Assembly: GCA_963828645.1 (NCBI GenBank) | Contig: CAWHFI010000002.1 | Coordinates: forward strand, 9,064-73,063 | DNA from: an uncultured Alphaproteobacteria bacterium | Lineage (GTDB): Bacteria > Pseudomonadota > Alphaproteobacteria > Rhizobiales > Xanthobacteraceae | DNA: 64,000 bases | Reading direction: 5' to 3' | In this document: piece after piece, positions 20,090 through 28,088 of the stretch | Layout: each line of letters starts with the position of its first letter | How positions within the stretch are numbered: the stretch's first letter is position 1 | Translations under genes and position numbers: made by a program | The notes under the pieces: generated by a model | The model's database searches: none | The model's input: only the letters and a program-made list of their open reading frames with translations | Told to the model about the DNA's origin: nothing

Positions 20090-21091
20090 ATGGCATTGCT
20101 AGGTCTGGGATATGTCGGGTTCGGATCGGCCGGCCTCGACGACTGGCGGCAGTTCGGGACTGGCCTCGTTGGCCTGCAGGCGGTGGAGCGGGGCAACTCG
20201 CTGCTGGCGTTCCGGATGGACGACCGCAAGCAGCGCATCGTCATCGACCGCTCGATGGCCGATGGGGAACGCTTCTTCGGCTGGGAAGTCGCGGACGCAG
20301 CCGCGCTGGACGCGCTCGCGGCGCGGCTCGAGAAGCACCGAGTTCATGTCACCGCCGAACCGCAGACGCTCGCCGACACCAGGCGCGTTGGCAGGCTGAT
20401 CTCGTTTCACGATCCCGCCGGCAATCGGCTCGAGGCGTTTTACGGCGCCGAGATCGACGATACGCCGTTCCGGCCCGGCCGTTCGATCTCGGGTTTCCGC
20501 ACCGGGCCGCTGGGGCTCGGCCACGCCGTGCTCACGGTGGAAAATATCGACGCCATGATGCCGTTCTATGTCGACGTGCTCGGCTTCGGGCTTTCCGACT
20601 ATATCCTGAAGCCGTTCCGCGCCTTTTTCTTTCACGTCAACGCGCGGCATCATTCGCTGGCGCTGATCGAGACCGGCAGGAACGGCATGCACCATCTGAT
20701 GGTGGAATTGTTCTCGCTCGACGACGTCGGGCAATCCTACGACGTCGCCTTGACGCAAACCGAGCGCGTCAGCGTCACGCTCGGCCGTCACACCAACGAC
20801 CTCATGACATCGTTCTATTGCAAGTCGCCATCGTCCTTCATGATCGAATGCGGCTGGGGCGGCCGCGAGATCGACCCTCCGACATGGCAACCGATCGAGA
20901 TGCATCACGGCCCGAGCCTGTGGGGGCACGAGCGCGTCTGGCTGCCGCCCGAAGACCGGCAAGTGGCGCGCGAGATGCGGATGCACGCCGCGGCTTCCGG
21001 CCTGCGCGCGCCGGTGCAGGTGATGGAAGGCAACTACAACCTGATGCCGGGAACGTGCCCGTGGTGGGATGGGGTGAACGGCGCGAGCTGA
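20090..21091 (+). CDS. BphC-like extradiol ring-cleavage dioxygenase (VOC fold)
   Basis: LGYVG, FRMDDRKQR, GLGHAVL, NARHHSLA, HHLMVE, LGRHTND, SFY..SPS, IECGWGG. Confidence 0.9.
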   Translation: MALLGLGYVGFGSAGLDDWRQFGTGLVGLQAVERGNSLLAFRMDDRKQRIVIDRSMADGERFFGWEVADAAALDALAARLEKHRVHVTAEPQTLADTRRVGRLISFHDPAGNRLEAFYGAEIDDTPFRPGRSISGFRTGPLGLGHAVLTVENIDAMMPFYVDVLGFGLSDYILKPFRAFFFHVNARHHSLALIETGRNGMHHLMVELFSLDDVGQSYDVALTQTERVSVTLGRHTNDLMTSFYCKSPSSFMIECGWGGREIDPPTWQPIEMHHGPSLWGHERVWLPPEDRQVAREMRMHAAASGLRAPVQVMEGNYNLMPGTCPWWDGVNGAS

Positions 21092-21102
21092 GAGAAAGAT
21101 GC

Positions 21103-21224
21103 GTCGTCCCGGCCTCCGAGCCGGGACCCATAACCACAGGCGTTTGTGGTTTCGACAAGTCGTCGAACAGATTTTTCCAAATGATGGAACTCGGCGTATG
21201 GGTCCCGGCATTCGCCGGGACGAC
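21103..21224. repeat. Family D repeat
   Basis: gtcgtcccggc...gccgggaccc...gggtcccggcattcgccgggacgac. Confidence 0.85.
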
Positions 21225-21247
21225 GGCATTTGAAATCTACCGCAATC

Positions 21248-21475
21248 TCATAGACCGCATTTCTTCCAGAGCGCCGCCATTTCATCGTCATCGATAAATT
21301 CGCCGCGTTCGGCTTGTCCGAGACCTTCAAGAACAGCTTCACGATGCTTTTCTGGTACGGTAAACACGTCGCTGCCTGCTGCAACGATCTGTTCCAGCAC
21401 CTCAGCAACGTGGGCTTGCCGTTCTTCTGGCAACCTCCGTACCTTCTCGATGGCTTCTTCCAGAAACTTCATCAT
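21248..21475 (-). CDS. Small antitoxin-like protein (addiction-module type), orphan
   Basis: 75 aa, LEEAIEKVRRLPEERQ...VLEGLGQAERGEF; stop overlaps an ATG (ATGA). Confidence 0.65.
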   Translation of the reverse strand: MMKFLEEAIEKVRRLPEERQAHVAEVLEQIVAAGSDVFTVPEKHREAVLEGLGQAERGEFIDDDEMAALWKKCGL

Positions 21476-21547
21476 GGACACGTTGTACAACAATTTCCGC
21501 AGCGAGACGCGAGTTAATATAGTCGCCGTCCACGTCAGTCCGGCCTC

Positions 21548-22006
21548 TCACTCCCGCACATAGAGCAGATCGATCGCGCCCTCTTCCTCGTTCATCCAGC
21601 GGTCGCGCCCTGCAAAGCCATGCTTCTCGTAGAACGCGCGCGCCGGTGCGTTTTGTTCAAAGACATGCAACGTGACCGGTCCCGGCGAACTTTCGAGCGC
21701 CCGAAGGATCAGCGCCGATCCGACACCAGAGCGTTGCTGCGATGGGTCGACATAGAGCTGATCGACGTGCCGGTCCGTCATGGCGATGAAGCCGGCCATC
21801 ACGGCAGCGTCGTCAAATGCGGCCAGCGTCCAGGTCCATTCGGCGAATTTTCCGGAATACCAGCGTTCGACCTCGTCGAGGGAATAACGCCAGTTCATGA
21901 AGCGGTAAGCGATCAGGCAGGCGCGGTGGTGCACCCGGCTGATGGCTTGGATATCCCCGATGTCGAGCGGCCGGAACGAGTGTTGCGCGCCGCCCGCCGG
22001 ACTCAT
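21548..22006 (-). CDS. GNAT-family acetyltransferase
   Basis: LYVDPSQQRSGVGSALI, NAPARAFYEKHGF. Confidence 0.88.
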   Translation of the reverse strand: MSPAGGAQHSFRPLDIGDIQAISRVHHRACLIAYRFMNWRYSLDEVERWYSGKFAEWTWTLAAFDDAAVMAGFIAMTDRHVDQLYVDPSQQRSGVGSALILRALESSPGPVTLHVFEQNAPARAFYEKHGFAGRDRWMNEEEGAIDLLYVRE

Positions 22007-22677
22007 CCCAAATGCTTCCTGAAGAAATCGGTCGCCCGGCCCCAGGCCAGTTCGGCGGCCTCGCGGTCATGCACCGATTGCCGCTGCTCGTTGACGAAGG
22101 CATGTTCGGCGTCATAGCGAAAAACTTCAATTGACTTGCCGGCGGCCTTCATCGCCTTTTCGAAGTCATTGACCAGTTGCGGCGTGCACCAGTCGTCCTT
22201 GTTGGCGAAGTGCGCCTGCAGAGGAATCTTCACATCCGCGGGCTTTGCCGCCGCTTCCGGCGGAATGCCGTAGAACACCACGCCGGCGGTGAGCTCGGGA
22301 ATTTTGGTGGCGCCGATGATCGTCACCGCGCCGCCAAGGCAGAAGCCGGTCAGGCCGACCTTGGCGCCGTTGCGGCCGAGATATTGCACGGCGCCGCGCA
22401 CGACCTGCGTGGTGGCGTCCATGAAATCCAGCGAGTTCATCTCTTTGCCGGCGGCATCCGTGTCGTGATAGGGCACCACCTTGCCCTTGTAGAGATCGGG
22501 CGCCAGCGCATCGAAACCGGCCAGCGCGAAGCGGTCGCACATGCCCTTGATCTGGTCCTGCAGCCCCCACCATTCCTGGATCACGACCACGCCCGGCGCG
22601 TTGCCTCGCGCGGCATTGGCGAGATAGCCGCCGGTGTCCTTGCCGTCCGGCCGTTTGAACGTGATGTGGGTGCCCAT
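22003..22677 (-). CDS. Dienelactone hydrolase family protein
   Basis: IQEWWGL, APDLY, GFCLGG, HAFVN. Confidence 0.92.
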   Translation of the reverse strand: MGTHITFKRPDGKDTGGYLANAARGNAPGVVVIQEWWGLQDQIKGMCDRFALAGFDALAPDLYKGKVVPYHDTDAAGKEMNSLDFMDATTQVVRGAVQYLGRNGAKVGLTGFCLGGAVTIIGATKIPELTAGVVFYGIPPEAAAKPADVKIPLQAHFANKDDWCTPQLVNDFEKAMKAAGKSIEVFRYDAEHAFVNEQRQSVHDREAAELAWGRATDFFRKHLG

Positions 22678-22759
22678 GGGTTCCTCCGGTAATTTTCTTG
22701 AGGGTGCGATTGACGGGTATTTTGTCCGCAGTGCGGGCAGGATGCAAACACAGACTCCC

Positions 22760-22839
22760 GTCATTCCGGGATGGTCCGAAGGACCAAACCCGGAATCTCG
22801 AGATTCCGGGTTCGATGCTGCGCATCGCCCCGGAATGAC
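22760..22839. repeat. Family B repeat
   Basis: Near-identical to 52766-52845. Confidence 0.9.
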
Positions 22840-22848
22840 GACCTTAAC

Positions 22849-22871
22849 AAAAAAGCCCCCGCAGGGGCTTT
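22849..22871 (-). terminator. Rho-independent terminator of fbcFH
   Basis: Minus strand AAAGCCCC-tgcg-GGGGCTTTTTT. Confidence 0.75.
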
Positions 22872-22898
22872 CTCGAATTCAAGTCGCTGGCGCCAAGC

Positions 22899-24968
22899 TC
22901 AGTGCGCGTCGGCCCAGACCTTCTTCTTGGTGAAATACAGCAGCCCCGTCAGCAGGATCAGGAACACGAATACCTGCAGTCCCAGCCGCTTGCGCGCCTC
23001 CATGTGCGGCTCCGCGGTCCAGGCCAGGAACGTGGTGACGTCATGGGCATATTGTGCGACCGTCGCCGGCGAGCCGTCGTCGAACGTGACCTGGCCGTCG
23101 CTCAGCGGCTTCGGCATCTTGATGGCGTGGCCGGGGAAATACTTGTTGTAGTAGGAGCCGTCGGGGATCGTGACGCCCTTCGGCGGGTTTTCTTCAAAGC
23201 CCTGCAGGATTCCGCTGACATAGTTCGGGCCCTGCTCCTGGAACTGGGTGAAGAAGTCGAAGATGAATTTCGGGAAGCCGCGCTCGTAGGAACGCGCCTT
23301 GGTGATCAGCGACAGGTCTGGAGGCAAGGCGCCACCATTGGCAGCGCGGGCGGCCGGCTCGTTCGGGAACGGTGCCGGAAAATAATCGGCCGGCCGGCCG
23401 GGCCGGTCGAACATCTCGCCTTTGTCGTTCGGACCGTCATTGATCTTGTAGTCGGATGCAAACGCAGCCGCCTGAGCTGGCGAATATCCCGGCCCCCCGG
23501 CGTCAGCCAGATTGCGGAACGCGATATAGTTGAGGCTGTGGCAAGCCGAGCAGACTTCCTTGTAGACCTTCAGGCCGCGCTGCAACGAACCGCGATCGAA
23601 CTTGCCGAGGGGGCCGGAGAACGACCATTTCTGCGACGGCGGCGCTTCCTGCTCCTCGGCTTTGGCGGTTTGCGCGCTTCCGGCGAACAGGGAGCCCGCG
23701 ATAACCAGCGCAATCACGGTGGACACCATCGGCGTCGATGAGCTTCCGCTTTTTGCCAGCACGTCTTCGGCGATCGAGTTCGGCAGCGGCCGCGGCGTTT
23801 CGATCCGGCTCAATAGCGGCAGCAGAACCAGGAAATAGGCGAAATAGCAGAAGGTCAGGATGCGGCCGACGATGACATAAATGCCCTCCGGCGGCTGCGC
23901 GCCGAGATAGCCCAGCAGCACGCAGACCACGACGAAGATCCAGAAGAACTGCTTGGCCAGCGGGCGATATTTCGACGACCTGGTCTTTGCGGTATCGAGC
24001 CAGGGCAGGAAGGCCAGCACGATGATCGCCGAGAACATCGCGGTTACGCCGGCGAGCTTGTTCGGGATCGAGCGCAGGATCGCGTAGAACGGCAGGTAGT
24101 ACCATTCCGGCACGATGTGCGCCGGCGTGACGCCGGGATTGGCCGGGATGTAGTTGTCGGCGTCGCCGAGATAGTTCGGCATGTAGAAGATGAACCAGGC
24201 AAAGAACAGCATGAAGCAGGAGACGCCGAACGCGTCCTTGATGGTCGCGTAGGGCGTGAACGGCACGGTGTCCTTTTCCGTCTTCGGCTCGACGCCGGCC
24301 GGATTGTTCTGGCCTGCGACATGCAGCGCCCAGACGTGCAGCACCACGACGCCCGCGATCACGAACGGCAGCAGATAGTGCAGCGAGAAGAACCGGTTCA
24401 GCGTCGGATTGCCGACCGAATAACCGCCCCACAGCAGGGTCACGATGCTGTCCCCGACGTAAGGCACGGCCGAGAACAGATTGGTGATGACGGTCGCACC
24501 CCAGAAGCTCATCTGGCCCCACGGCAGCACGTAGCCCATGAAGCCCGTCGCCATCATCAGCAGGTAGATGATGACGCCGAGAATCCAGAGGATTTCGCGC
24601 GGCTCCTTGTACGAGCCGTAATACAGGCCGCGGAACATGTGGATGTAGACCGCGAGGAAGAACATCGAGGCGCCGCTGGCGTGCATGTTGCGCAGCAGCC
24701 AGCCGTAATTGACGTCGCGGACGATGCTCTCGACCGACTTGAAGGCCATGGTGGCTTCCGGCGTGTAGTGCATCGCCAGGATCACGCCGGTCAGGATCTG
24801 CAGGCCCAGCATCATCGACAGGATGGCGCCGAACGTCCACCAGTAGTTCAGGTTGCGCGGCGTCGGATAGGCCACGAACGAGGAGTGGACGAGACCCATA
24901 ATCGGGAGACGCCGTTCAATCCACTGCAGGGCGGGATTGGTCGGCTGGAAGTCTGATGGTCCGCTCAT
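22899..24968 (-). CDS. fbcH: Fused cytochrome b/c1 precursor
   Basis: Cytochrome b motifs ([24 protein letters not shown]), then an internal signal-like segment ending AKA-E and cytochrome c1 CSACH, PPDLS. Confidence 0.96.
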   Translation of the reverse strand: MSGPSDFQPTNPALQWIERRLPIMGLVHSSFVAYPTPRNLNYWWTFGAILSMMLGLQILTGVILAMHYTPEATMAFKSVESIVRDVNYGWLLRNMHASGASMFFLAVYIHMFRGLYYGSYKEPREILWILGVIIYLLMMATGFMGYVLPWGQMSFWGATVITNLFSAVPYVGDSIVTLLWGGYSVGNPTLNRFFSLHYLLPFVIAGVVVLHVWALHVAGQNNPAGVEPKTEKDTVPFTPYATIKDAFGVSCFMLFFAWFIFYMPNYLGDADNYIPANPGVTPAHIVPEWYYLPFYAILRSIPNKLAGVTAMFSAIIVLAFLPWLDTAKTRSSKYRPLAKQFFWIFVVVCVLLGYLGAQPPEGIYVIVGRILTFCYFAYFLVLLPLLSRIETPRPLPNSIAEDVLAKSGSSSTPMVSTVIALVIAGSLFAGSAQTAKAEEQEAPPSQKWSFSGPLGKFDRGSLQRGLKVYKEVCSACHSLNYIAFRNLADAGGPGYSPAQAAAFASDYKINDGPNDKGEMFDRPGRPADYFPAPFPNEPAARAANGGALPPDLSLITKARSYERGFPKFIFDFFTQFQEQGPNYVSGILQGFEENPPKGVTIPDGSYYNKYFPGHAIKMPKPLSDGQVTFDDGSPATVAQYAHDVTTFLAWTAEPHMEARKRLGLQVFVFLILLTGLLYFTKKKVWADAH

Positions 24969-25034
24969 GCTGCGATCCCTAGGGAAGTAAGACGACGCGA
25001 CGGCTTTGAAGTCTCGAATACTTCGATCCGAGCC

Positions 25035-25565
25035 TCAGCCAATCTGGATTTTGCTATCGGAAACGAATTGATAGGGCGGCACCGCCAGGTTGGCCGGCGC
25101 CGGTCCCTGGCGAATGCGGCCCGAGGAATCGTATTGCGAGCCGTGGCAGGGGCAGAAGAAGCCGTCGTAATTGCCCTCATGGGCGATCGGGATACAGCCG
25201 AGATGGGTGCAGATGCCGATCACGACCAGCCACTGTTCGTGGCCATCCTTGACCCGGGACTGATCGGTCGCGGGATCGGGAAGGCTTGCGACCGGCACCG
25301 CGCGGGCCTCTTCGACCTGCTTCTTGGTGCGGTTCATGATGTAGATCGGCTTGCCGCGCCAGAACACCTTGATGTCCTGCCCTTCGGCGATCGGCGCCAG
25401 ATCGACTTCGATTGGCGCACCGGCCGCGATGGTCGAGGCGTCCGGGTTCATTTGGGAGATGAAGGGCCAGAGTGTGGCCACTCCGCCGACCGCGGCGGCG
25501 GCTCCCGTTGCAACAAAAAGGAAATCACGGCGTGTCGGATGATCCGCCGAAGACGCTGTCGTCAC
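25035..25565 (-). CDS. petA: Rieske iron-sulfur subunit of the bc1 complex (fbcF)
   Basis: TRRDFL Tat motif, CTHLGC, CPCHGS; GTG start at 25565. Confidence 0.96.
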   Translation of the reverse strand: MTTASSADHPTRRDFLFVATGAAAAVGGVATLWPFISQMNPDASTIAAGAPIEVDLAPIAEGQDIKVFWRGKPIYIMNRTKKQVEEARAVPVASLPDPATDQSRVKDGHEQWLVVIGICTHLGCIPIAHEGNYDGFFCPCHGSQYDSSGRIRQGPAPANLAVPPYQFVSDSKIQIG

Positions 25566-25843
25566 GATTCCAAGCCCTTTCTCATCTGCAGCCGGTGGAA
25601 CCGCTCCGGTAACGCCGTAAAACGTGACCTGAGAGGCTGCCGGCGCCCGCGACCCCCGCGGCGGCAGAACGACCACTTCTCCCGGCCAATCAGGCGGAAC
25701 AAGCAGTCCAGAATCGTTCTATTGGCACCCTTGCCGGAAGAGCGCAAGCCCGCTATCGGCTGGCAAGCGTGCAATGCACTAAATCCATGCCGAGCGACGA
25801 TTTATTCAGACATTTCATGGGGACCCGAAGGGCCCGTCACCCG

Positions 25844-26323
25844 ATGCAAATTGCGCTTTATCAGCCCGACATCCCCCAGAATACGGGCACCATTCTGCGG
25901 CTCTGCGCATGCCTTGACGTGACGGCCCATATCATCGAACCCGCCGGTTTTCCGTCGTCCGACCGGCACTTCCGCCGCGCCGGCATGGATTATCTCGACC
26001 GGGTCACCGTCATGCGTCACGATTCCTGGTCAAAATTCGCGCAATGGCGCAGCGGCGCGGGTTACCGGCTGATCCTGTTCACGACCAAAGGCAATTGCCG
26101 CTATCTCGATCACCGCTATGGCGCCGATGACATCCTGCTGTTCGGACGCGAATCCGCTGGCGTCCCCGACGAGGTCGCAGCCAGCGCCGATGCGCGGCTG
26201 GTGATTCCGATCGCGCCCGGCTTGCGCTCGCTCAATATCGCGATGGCGGCGGCAATGGCCTTGGGCGAAGCGCTGCGGCAAACCCGCGAGGGACCCGCAG
26301 GCGCGGTCGGCCGCGATTTGTAA
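25844..26323 (+). CDS. trmL: tRNA (cytidine34-2'-O)-methyltransferase
   Basis: PDIPQNTG, RRAGMDY, FGRESAG, RSLN. Confidence 0.93.
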   Translation: MQIALYQPDIPQNTGTILRLCACLDVTAHIIEPAGFPSSDRHFRRAGMDYLDRVTVMRHDSWSKFAQWRSGAGYRLILFTTKGNCRYLDHRYGADDILLFGRESAGVPDEVAASADARLVIPIAPGLRSLNIAMAAAMALGEALRQTREGPAGAVGRDL

Positions 26324-26333
26324 AAACTCTCCA

Positions 26334-26378
26334 ACAAAAGAGGTCCGGTCACGGCGACCATGTCGCCGCAACCGGACC
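26334..26378 (-). terminator. Probable terminator after the urtA-like gene
   Basis: ggtccggt-ca-cggcgac-cat-gtcgccg-ca-accggacc hairpin followed on the minus strand by TCTTTTGTT. Confidence 0.6.
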
Positions 26379-26406
26379 CGCACACAGCAACCCGGAGCGA
26401 GGGAGA

Positions 26407-27687
26407 TCAATTCGCTGCGAACCGCGGTGAGGTGCAGCCGCCGCATACCCACGGCCAGGACCAGTCGGCGACCTTGCCCTTGTTGGCCTCGACGTAGGGG
26501 CTCCACGCCTTCGGCGGCAAAGCCTTGCTCTGATGGACGATGCTGAACTGGCCATCGGCCTGCACCTCTCCGATCATCACCGGCTTCGCCATATGGTGAT
26601 TGCTGCCCATCACCACCTCGAACCCCGACGGCGACTTGACCTTCTGGCCGATCATCGCCTGACGGACCGCCTCGACATCGGTGGTGCCGGCTTGCTGGAC
26701 CGCCTGCACCCACATGTGGAACAGAATGTAGGCGGACTCCATCGGGTCGTTGGTAACGCGCTTGGGATTCTTGGTATAGGCGCGCCATTTCGCGATGAAC
26801 GCCTTGTTCTCCGGCGTATTCACCGACTGGAAATAACTCCACGCCGCGAGATGGCCCACCAGCGGTTTGGTGTCGACGCCCGCCAGTTCTTCCTCGCCGA
26901 CCGAGAACGCGATCACCGGGATATCGGTGGCCTTGACGCCTTGATTGCCCAGTTCCTTGTAGAACGGCACGTTGGCGTCGCCATTGACGGTCGAGATCAC
27001 GGCCGTTTTCTTGCCGGCCGTGCCGAATTTCTTGATGGCCCCTACTTCGGTCTGCCAGTCGGAGTAACCGAACGGCGTGTAGTTCTCCATGATGTCCTCA
27101 TCCTTGACGCCCTTGGTCTTGAGGAACGCGCGGATGATCTTGTTGCTGGTGCGCGGATAGACATAGTCGGTGCCTTCGAGCACGAACCTCTTTACGTCGC
27201 CGCCCTCCTTGCTCATGAGATATTCGACGGCCGGGACCGCCTTGTTGTCGGGCACCGAGCTGCCGTAGAAGATATTGTAGGAGGCTTCCTCGCCCTCGTA
27301 TTCCAGCGGATAGAACAACAGCCCGTTGAGTTCCTCGAATACCGGCAGCACCGACTTGCGGGATACCGACGTCCAGCAGCCGAATACCGCGGCCACCTTG
27401 TCCTTTGTCAGCAGTTCGCGGGCCTTTTCCGCGAACAGCGGCCAGTTCGAGGCGGGATCGACGACCACCGGCTCGATCTTCTTGCCGAGCAGGCCGCCCT
27501 TCGCATTGACCTCGGCGACTTCCATCAACATCAGGTCTTTCAGGATCGTTTCGCTGATCGCCATCGTCCCCGACAGCGAATGCAGGATTCCGATCTTGAT
27601 CGTGTCTTCGGCCCTTGCACTGTTCACGCCGAGAATGGCGAGAACGGCGGCCGCGGCAGATAACCAGCCCAGTCGTGCGGTGCTCAT
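26407..27687 (-). CDS. urtA: UrtA/FmdD-like urea/amide ABC substrate-binding protein, stand-alone
   Basis: Signal peptide, GILHSLSGTMAISE, DPASNWPLFAEKA, GCWTSVSRKSVLP, GTDYVYPRT, STVNGDANVPF. Confidence 0.85.
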   Translation of the reverse strand: MSTARLGWLSAAAAVLAILGVNSARAEDTIKIGILHSLSGTMAISETILKDLMLMEVAEVNAKGGLLGKKIEPVVVDPASNWPLFAEKARELLTKDKVAAVFGCWTSVSRKSVLPVFEELNGLLFYPLEYEGEEASYNIFYGSSVPDNKAVPAVEYLMSKEGGDVKRFVLEGTDYVYPRTSNKIIRAFLKTKGVKDEDIMENYTPFGYSDWQTEVGAIKKFGTAGKKTAVISTVNGDANVPFYKELGNQGVKATDIPVIAFSVGEEELAGVDTKPLVGHLAAWSYFQSVNTPENKAFIAKWRAYTKNPKRVTNDPMESAYILFHMWVQAVQQAGTTDVEAVRQAMIGQKVKSPSGFEVVMGSNHHMAKPVMIGEVQADGQFSIVHQSKALPPKAWSPYVEANKGKVADWSWPWVCGGCTSPRFAAN

Positions 27688-27906
27688 GGATTTCTCCTCG
27701 TTTGGTTCTGTCATCGGGAGCATCGCGACGCGGCCCCCTGTGCTCGTTCAGTGGGTCGACGCTCGCATGGACCGGTGAACCGCCATGAGAGCCGCTGCTG
27801 GAAAATGCGATGGCTCCATCCGCGGTCGCCAGGTTTGGCGTGAGATGTTCCAGCTTGCCCAGCGGATAGACGGCCGGGCACGGTTTCGGGCAGAACATGC
27901 ATGGGT

Positions 27907-27971
27907 ACTGGGCAACCATCGTCGCCATCGGGCGACGATGGGTCCAGTTGCTGGCAAACCGAGGGAGCCAG
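27907..27971. promoter_or_regulatory. Inverted repeats in the divergent urtA/MocR intergenic region (candidate operator)
   Basis: Perfect 11-bp IR ccatcgtcgcc-atcg-ggcgacgatgg (27916-27941) flanked by ACTGG...CCAGT; a second CTGGC...GCCAG pair follows. Confidence 0.45.
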
Positions 27972-28088
27972 TTCAAACAGACCGATAAACCGGCTGACTT
28001 TGTGAAAAATCGCGCCATGCTGGACCCACAATTGGCCCGGCCTTTGCTCCATCGATGGACGCAGGAAGCCGAAGCGGCGCGAACCAAT

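Noticed and set aside
18373-21297. 974-aa plus-strand ORF
   Set aside because: Shadow ORF: antisense to the ISAs1 transposase and out of frame over the dioxygenase; no recognisable domain
22899-24968. Cytochrome b-c1 fusion as a novelty
   Set aside because: Known Bradyrhizobium fbcH architecture
27897-28088. Upstream start of the 944-aa track ORF
   Set aside because: The extension covers the candidate operator region; MocR homology begins at MQISILLDRS (28089)
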